Part shown: piece by piece, positions 8,511 to 11,687 of the stretch
Layout: the number at the start of each line of letters is the position of its first letter
Numbering within the stretch: the stretch's first letter is position 1
Assembly: GCA_029856365.1 (NCBI GenBank)
Contig: JAHQWW010000122.1
Coordinates: 1 to 11,687 of the forward strand
Length of the DNA: 11,687 bases
Origin: Candidatus Hodarchaeota archaeon
GTDB lineage: Archaea; Asgardarchaeota; Heimdallarchaeia; Hodarchaeales; Hodarchaeaceae
Reading direction: 5' to 3'
Translations under genes and position numbers: made by a program
Notes under the pieces: model-generated
Database searches by the model: none
The model's input: only the letters and a program-made list of their open reading frames with translations
What the model was told of the DNA's origin: nothing

Positions 8511-8522
8511 AAACTATTTTCT

Positions 8523-9233
8523 CTAGTAGCTCGTAATGTTACCAGAGTCATGTCCAACAATCACCTCATCAGCAGCGTGACCGAATAGTCCATTTTCAAT
8601 AACTCCTGGAACAGTATTCAGTTTTTTTTCTAGTTCTTGAACTTCATAAGGTTCTAGAAATCGATCACCTAAATCGAGATCAATAATGTAACCGTTATTA
8701 TCAGAAATAACTGGACCAAGCTTGTTTTTCGCCATTCGTAAAATAGCCTTTTTTCCAAAACATTCCAAACGTTTAATGGTATGTCTCCATCCGAAAGGAA
8801 GGATTTCAATGGCAATTGGAAACATTGGAAGCTTTGGAACGACTTTTTCAGAGCTAACCACCAAAATAAACTTTTTTGAAGCTTCTCTTATGATTTTCTC
8901 ACGTGTTAATGCCCCTCCTCCACCTTTTACAGATTGTCTCTCAGGATTGACTTTATCTGCTCCATCGATAGTGATATCTAGACCATGAGGAGGTAAATCA
9001 ATGATTTCATAGTTTTTCTTATTGTTGTTTTGTAATCTAACTAGAGAGTCTAAAGAAGAAGGTACTAAATACAGATTTGAGATTTCACTTTCAGGTAGAA
9101 GTGATATTAACCAATGAATAGTTGTTCCACTACCTATTCCTACATATTGGCCAGAAGAAATACATCTTAGAGCTTCAACTGCAGCTGCTTGTTTTGAGAT
9201 CTCTTTACGTCTATTTAATCCTTTTTTCGATAT
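8523..9233 (-). CDS. rpiA: Ribose-5-phosphate isomerase A, full length about 236 aa (probable ATA start)
   Basis: The frame is open far upstream of the track's 8864 start: KQAAAVEAL, VGIGSGTT, DITIDGADKV, KGGGGALTREKII, then IEILPFG and VPGVIENGLF. Confidence 0.93.
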   Translation of the reverse strand: MSKKGLNRRKEISKQAAAVEALRCISSGQYVGIGSGTTIHWLISLLPESEISNLYLVPSSLDSLVRLQNNNKKNYEIIDLPPHGLDITIDGADKVNPERQSVKGGGGALTREKIIREASKKFILVVSSEKVVPKLPMFPIAIEILPFGWRHTIKRLECFGKKAILRMAKNKLGPVISDNNGYIIDLDLGDRFLEPYEVQELEKKLNTVPGVIENGLFGHAADEVIVGHDSGNITSY

Positions 9234-9252
9234 TAATAATCCCTCAAGGGGT

Positions 9253-10947
9253 CTATTCTTCTTTGAAGATTTCTCGAAGTCTTCGTAACTCCTTTAACAT
9301 TTCCCCTCTCAACTCTGCAATACTTGTTGACCTTGCATCAGCAATCAAATCAAGTGGAGATTCAGTGGATTGAGTGGGTGCAGCTCCAGGAGCAGGAGGG
9401 GGAGTTGCTAATGGACTAGGAGGTGGGACGGGGGGGGTGCCTGTGGAAGGTGGTATAGATGGGGCAGTTGGTAGGGCTTTAGGAGGGATAGGTGGGGGTT
9501 TAGGAGAAACTTCGGCTGTAGAGGGGATAGGTGGAGCTGTTGGTTTGACTGGTGGAGTAATTTCAGACGGTTCACCTAATGCTACATCAAAGAGTGCCTC
9601 CACATCCTCCGCGGCAGAAACAATAGGCCCCGCTTTTTGAAATCTTTCTAATCTCGATTTTATTGTTCGATTACGATCTTGGTATATTTTAACAATTGAT
9701 TCATATACTCGTGGTCGAAACTTATCAGCTCTGACTGCTTCTTTAAACTGATTTACTATATTTTCATGTGATCTGCTTAGAATCTCTAGATATGCTATCA
9801 TCTCACTTGGTGTGGTTTCAATATCAGGTAGTCTATCTATACTTTCCAACAAGCCTTCAGGGCCCTTGAATTCTTCCGTTTCAAAATACAAAACCGAACA
9901 CATGAATGAGAGGGAAAAAATTATGATTACGGTTCCGTACATATAAAATACATCCCAAGTTGCTCCGAAGAGCGAATTTCCAAGGAGTGTTCCTACAGCT
10001 GCCTCAATTTCAGGTGATTCAGGTAAGATTAGAATTGCGGAAATAACAACAAATATTATTCCGAGGAAAAAGATAACCAGCCAAATAAATCGTAATTTAT
10101 GAGTAATTTCATATCTAACACTCGCTAATGGTAAAATAAACAATAAAGTGAGAACCCCGCCAAAAGCTAAGATTCCATACCAATCTAACTCTAGTACAAG
10201 TGATTGATCAATTATCTCTGCATAAACTAAAATGGATCCAAGGATTATTATAATTCCAATAAATGCACCCAATATCCAAATAATTCTCAATCGACGAAGA
10301 ATATTACGGAAAGATGTACTAGCAGTCAATAAAAGGGGGACCACTCCGAGATATAGTATTATAACTCCAAACAAGAAAAGAATATCCCATCCAATGTCTG
10401 ATATTTCTAGCATTTGGCCATAGATAACCAGACTTGAGATTTGCAGTAGAAAGCCAACCAGAATGAATAATGCAAAGAGAGGCTTAAAATTCCATAATCG
10501 TTCACGATCTTGAACGGAAAATAAAATAGTTGTAAAACCAATAATAATCAACAAACTGCCAATAATAAAGTAATCAAACCATGTATGCAATGGATCGAAT
10601 GGAGTAAGAAATTCTCCATAGACCAAAGCTGAATAAATCAGCATTAGAATACCTATACCAACTATTAAGTCTAAATACACGTATATTTTTTTAACACTCT
10701 TCTTTGCACTGGCATCCAAAGAGGCAAGAACAGGGGAGAGGAATAATAACAAGAAAAATCCAAATGCTGTTAAAACCCGATAATCAAATCCATAAACTAA
10801 GCGATTCCATCTAAGAGGATCTGCAGTAGTATCAACTGATGATGCTACTCCTGTGAAAAATAGAAGAGCAACGGCCATGATCAGTATACCAATACCAGCG
10901 AGAGTGAGAAGCATTTTTGATGATCTAACAACTATTTTTCTCAACAA
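9253..10947 (-). CDS. Uncharacterised polytopic membrane protein (about 10 TM) with helical domain, proline-rich region and conserved C-terminal helix
   Basis: 564-aa ORF with AGGAG at 10958-10954. The first ~355 aa are hydrophobic, followed by a soluble tail with a Pro-rich tract. The C-terminus is conserved in a paralogue at 11502-11687. Confidence 0.9.
   Translation of the reverse strand: MLRKIVVRSSKMLLTLAGIGILIMAVALLFFTGVASSVDTTADPLRWNRLVYGFDYRVLTAFGFFLLLFLSPVLASLDASAKKSVKKIYVYLDLIVGIGILMLIYSALVYGEFLTPFDPLHTWFDYFIIGSLLIIIGFTTILFSVQDRERLWNFKPLFALFILVGFLLQISSLVIYGQMLEISDIGWDILFLFGVIILYLGVVPLLLTASTSFRNILRRLRIIWILGAFIGIIIILGSILVYAEIIDQSLVLELDWYGILAFGGVLTLLFILPLASVRYEITHKLRFIWLVIFFLGIIFVVISAILILPESPEIEAAVGTLLGNSLFGATWDVFYMYGTVIIIFSLSFMCSVLYFETEEFKGPEGLLESIDRLPDIETTPSEMIAYLEILSRSHENIVNQFKEAVRADKFRPRVYESIVKIYQDRNRTIKSRLERFQKAGPIVSAAEDVEALFDVALGEPSEITPPVKPTAPPIPSTAEVSPKPPPIPPKALPTAPSIPPSTGTPPVPPPSPLATPPPAPGAAPTQSTESPLDLIADARSTSIAELRGEMLKELRRLREIFKEE
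9370..9577 (-). repeat. Low-complexity proline-rich coding tract
   Basis: EPSEITPPVKPTAPPIP...PPPAPGAAPT; G-rich on the + strand. Confidence 0.8.
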
Positions 10948-11006
10948 AATAAACTCCTAATCATCAATACTATAAAACCCATTATTATCATTATATCAAA
11001 AGTTTA

Positions 11007-11015
11007 CTTATAAAG
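11007..11015 (-). promoter_or_regulatory. Candidate TATA box for the 564-aa gene
   Basis: CTTTATAAG about 60 nt upstream of the start. The context is AT-rich, so this is weak. Confidence 0.3.
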
Positions 11016-11056
11016 TCTAGTGAAATTCTTCTACTCATAACTTAGGGATAAAAAAA

Positions 11057-11497
11057 GAAATTCCTCTTCTAATCGATCGGGGACGAATAAAGGTAAATAA
11101 TTCTACAACAATGGAATGAGTTAACTCTTCTGAGATTGAACTCTTTTTTCTAAATTCAAGAAGAATATTTGAAGCCATTATCTAGTTTATAAAGATCATT
11201 GAAATCGTGGTTATGTTGTAAAGATAAGAACATGAATCAATGATTCATTACGAATTCATACTCATGGAGGAAAACCAGATCAATTGATAAATAAAACTGT
11301 TATTTTTTCCACTCCCGAAGGGGAAGTCATTGATCTTGATTTTTTAGATTAAATCGTGAACCAATCAAAAAAAGTCGGAGAGGGCTATTAGTCTCAATTA
11401 TAGACCGTTTTGGGGATGTAATTTTATACTAGACTTCTCAATTAATACATGTATCTAATGAATTGGAGCTTCAGGAATGAATAGTAAAGAATTATCA
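11057..11497 (+). pseudogene. endA: Degraded duplicate of the endA-family gene at 5981-6613
   Basis: Collinear remnants EIPLLIDRGRIKVNNSTT, HYLVYKDH*NRGYVV, GGKP, EGEVIDLDFLD*IVNQSK and SIIDRFGDVILY*TSQL...NELE. At least 6 in-frame stops and 2 frameshifts; the 5' ~55 codons are not recognisable. Confidence 0.92.
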
Positions 11498-11501
11498 AAA
11501 G

Positions 11502-11687
11502 TTATTCTTCTTTGAATATTTCTCGTAGTCTTGACAGCTCCTTTAGCATCTCTCCACGTAATTCAGCTATACTTGTAGATCTAGTATCAGCTATCAAATC
11601 AAGAGATTGTTGGGCTGAAGGAGTTGGTGCGGGTACAGGAGGAGGTGTAGAGGGTGCTGGTGGGGGGATGGGGGGAGCACTGGGAGG
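11502..11687 (-). CDS. 3' end of a paralogue of the 564-aa membrane protein (runs off the window)
   Basis: PPSAPPIPPPAPSTPPPVPAPTPSAQQSLDLIADTRSTSIAELRGEMLKELSRLREIFKEE*. The last 33 aa are 31/33 identical to those of 9253-10947. Confidence 0.92.
   Translation of the reverse strand, partial: PPSAPPIPPPAPSTPPPVPAPTPSAQQSLDLIADTRSTSIAELRGEMLKELSRLREIFKEE

Noticed and set aside
8523-8864. rpiA as a truncated gene or pseudogene
   Set aside because: The upstream frame is uninterrupted and retains the main motifs; only a canonical start codon is missing.
7998-9373. ORFs 7998-8210, 8141-8560, 8722-8988 and 9122-9373
   Set aside because: Antisense shadows of PINA, rpiA and the membrane-protein gene.
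9374-9640. Gly-rich 88-aa ORF on the + strand
   Set aside because: Antisense shadow of the proline codons of the 564-aa gene.
11057-11497. Stop-codon recoding (Sec, Pyl or alternative code) in the second endA copy
   Set aside because: All three stop types plus frameshifts occur, and TGA, TAA and TAG end normal genes in this window, so this is ordinary decay.
1-11687. CRISPR array, IS element or defence island
   Set aside because: No regularly spaced repeats, terminal inverted repeats or such genes seen; the PIN domain belongs to housekeeping PINA, not a VapBC module.

Overview
Low-GC archaeal chromosomal window. Gene content and protein style suggest an Asgard (Heimdallarchaeia-like) genome, but this is inference. 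Left to right: the 3' part of a CBS-domain gene, an MTH1/SPOUT1-family methyltransferase, an unannotated 55-aa membrane protein, tRNA-Leu(CAA), a stand-alone A/V-type ATPase subunit D, the minus-strand rpl3-rpl4-rpl23-rpl2 cluster with a structured leader, an EndA-family splicing-endonuclease subunit lacking the catalytic His, a PINA-type PIN-ATPase-KH gene, rpiA, and a 564-aa 10-TM protein with a proline-rich tail. Beyond the ORF track, 11057-11497 is a decayed second endA copy and 11502-11687 is the 3' end of a paralogue of the 564-aa protein, together recording an old tandem duplication with internal deletion. The best candidate for an undescribed system is this membrane-protein pair: both keep P(S/T)AP motifs and a 33-aa C-terminal segment under strong purifying selection, suggesting a membrane-anchored ESCRT or actin adaptor. 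rpl23 and rpiA appear to need non-canonical starts (CTG, ATA).
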